Shown: positions 30,346-32,000 of the stretch, one piece after another
Layout: every line of letters begins with the position of its first letter
Position numbering within the stretch: position 1 is the first letter of the stretch
Source of the DNA: Archaeoglobus fulgidus DSM 4304
GTDB taxonomy: Archaea > Halobacteriota > Archaeoglobi > Archaeoglobales > Archaeoglobaceae
NCBI RefSeq assembly: GCF_000008665.1
Contig: NC_000917.1
Coordinates: 2,070,001 to 2,102,000, forward strand
Length of the DNA stretch: 32,000 nt
Direction of reading: 5' to 3'
Position numbers and translations under genes: made by a program
The notes under the pieces: generated by a model
What the model saw: only the letters and a program-made list of their open reading frames with translations
The model's database searches: none
Told to the model about the DNA's origin: nothing

Positions 30346-31048
30346 CCTCAACTTTCTTCAAATACTCTGTATTGCTACTTCCCGCTTTGATAAACTTAGC
30401 CGCTTTCTTGACCAACTTCCAAACTAATACTCTACCAGTCGAACCCATCAACCTCTATCTTTCAAATTTTGTGCACTCAGATTTCTATCACCTTACAGGT
30501 AACATAGTTGTATATATTGTCTCTGCTTTCCTCTCATTTATCTTCTTTAGGAATTCGGATATGAAAGGGTTTTCTGGATATCTTTTACCCTCATATTCAT
30601 TTTTGTACCATATCTGACTTCAATTTCCACAATTTATTTCTTAAATCGGTCTTCAATAGGTTTCTCCGGAGTTGTTTCAGCTTTTATCGGGCTGTATGCT
30701 TTTACAATTGTAATATTTCTAACTAAACACTCTGCGAACAGCGCAGTAAGCTTCTTGTTTGTTTTAATCATTGGTGCTGGTGTTATCTCTCTAACTTACA
30801 GGGATTTCGTTTTTGGGGCATTATCAGTATCATTTGCAGTATTGATTGCACCAATATTGATGAGAAAGGTTGAATTTGACAGAAAAGAGTTAATACAGTT
30901 AATATTGCTGATAGCTTTGTATATATTCTTTATGATTGGGATATTCCCACAGCAACTTGTTATTGGCAGGAATTTCGTAAACATTTTAGGCCACTACTTA
31001 GGATTCTTTGCAGGTTACATGATTCCATGGCTGTTGCGTAGATGGTGA
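30342..31048 (+). pseudogene. rhomboid-like intramembrane protease with a frame change in a T5 run
   Basis: HSDFYHLTGNIVVYIVSAF, then across the frame change FVPYLTSISTIYFLNRSSIGFSGVVSAFIGLYAF...NILGHYLGFFAGYMIPW, matching H..N, G-F-S-G and late His positions. Confidence 0.65.
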
Positions 31049-31052
31049 TAAA

Positions 31053-31358
31053 ATGAGAATAGTATTCGTCTGCTCTCCCTTTCAGGGCAAAGCGGAAAAC
31101 ATCGAGAAAGCCAAGGAGTACTGCCGATTTGTCCTTGAGAAAGGCTGCATTCCCTTAGCCCCACACATCTACTTCAGCCAGTTTATGGATGACAACAATC
31201 CAGAGGAGAGAAGAAAGGCTCTGGAGATGAACAAAAGGCTGATGGAGTTCTGCGATGAGCTGTGGATTTTTGGAGAAGAAATAACGGAAGGAATGAAGGA
31301 GGAGATAGAGCACTTCAGGAAAATTATGGGAGAAAGCAGAATAAGGAAGATAGTTTAA
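31053..31358 (+). CDS. DUF4406 / nucleoside 2-deoxyribosyltransferase-like protein
   Basis: MRIVFVCSPFQGKAENIEKAKEYCRFVLEKGCIPLAPHIYFSQFMDD...CDELWIFGEEITEGMKEEIE. Confidence 0.75.
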   Translation: MRIVFVCSPFQGKAENIEKAKEYCRFVLEKGCIPLAPHIYFSQFMDDNNPEERRKALEMNKRLMEFCDELWIFGEEITEGMKEEIEHFRKIMGESRIRKIV

Positions 31359-31461
31359 GGTAGGGAAACACGATAAGCTCAAATCAAAGCGGAGGAAGGG
31401 TGATTCTCTAAAGATTATTTTTGTCGTAAAATTTAAATGTGTGATTAAATAAATTTGAAAT

Positions 31462-31862
31462 ATGAAGGTTCTTAGCATCTCTCTGATATTCTTTGCTTTG
31501 TTGCTTACTGGCTGCTCTCAGGTGGAAAAGATTGCACCTGACAACTTCAACAAAATTTTTGAAGAAGGAAAACAGTTCGTGGAAAATACCCAAACTGAAA
31601 TTGAAGATATTGATATAGAACAGTTGATTGAAAAAGCAAAAGAATTGGGATTCAATACGGAAATCCTTACCGCCCTATATGATGAATTAAAGAGAATCCA
31701 CTCAATCAGGAAATTATCGAATTGCTCAAATTCCATGTTACTGCCCTAATGGAAAAGAAATCAATTAATGAATCACATAAAAAACTTGCAGATTCGTTGG
31801 CCAAGGAAATAAAAGCCATAGGCCCGATTGATGAAACCTTCTTTGATGATTACAACACTTAA
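31462..31862 (+). pseudogene. predicted lipoprotein with one frame change and a possible premature in-frame stop
   Basis: MKVLSISLIFFALLLTGCS lipobox; frame change near 31684-31691 restores KENPLNQEIIELLKFHVTALMEKKSINESHKKLADSLAKEIKAIGPIDETFFDDYNT*, after which the same frame stays open to the window end. Confidence 0.6.
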
Positions 31863-32000
31863 GAATTCGGAACGCAGTTCCCTGAATTTGACCTCTCTAA
31901 GGAGAGCTTTGCAGGAATTCAGGAGATCAGAAAGGCAGTTGGTTATTCAGCCCTCATCGATTCATACAACAAGCTATACGAATCAGCCAAAAAACTGCCA

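Noticed and set aside
1-32000. CRISPR arrays
   Set aside because: I saw no regularly spaced long direct repeats. Short repeats, as at 19381-19411, are too short and irregular.

Overview
The window is archaeal DNA that looks like Archaeoglobus (inferred from protein content and style, no database search done). It splits into two parts.

(1) ~1-17.5 kb is compact, mostly intact housekeeping sequence: MEMO family C-terminus, wHTH + rubrerythrin, MaoC-like dehydratase, O6-alkylguanine methyltransferase, NMN adenylyltransferase, a Tes/MJ0619-type radical SAM enzyme, RNase P Rpp30, COG1325 exosome-linked protein, L15e, S3Ae, CobY, Pcm, CobS, RsmB/NOP-type RNA methylase, Cgi121-like, aIF2-beta, AroE, GatC, GatA, a PD-(D/E)XK-like protein, a flavodoxin-like protein, aconitase-X-type dehydratase, SpeE, isochorismatase-like and alpha/beta hydrolase genes.

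(2) A degraded DDE transposase remnant and a tRNA-Val(GAC) mark the transition to an accessory island (~18.1-32 kb). Its core is a candidate defence module: a DUF499-type P-loop ATPase, a small coupled ORF, a RelE/RelB-like pair on the opposite strand, a DUF1156-type DNA methylase, an EVE/PUA-like protein, and an SNF2-family helicase with a DUF3883-like C-terminus. A DUF365-like PUA protein lies downstream, and a 303-aa orphan with a possible nuclease-like C-terminus is divergent upstream.

The six-frame track hides these genes because nearly every long gene of the island is broken by single-nucleotide frame changes. I find at least nine, one of them in a G9 tract in the methylase. The downstream rhomboid-like and lipoprotein genes are also broken. 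Whether this is real decay, phase variation or local sequence error is the key question.
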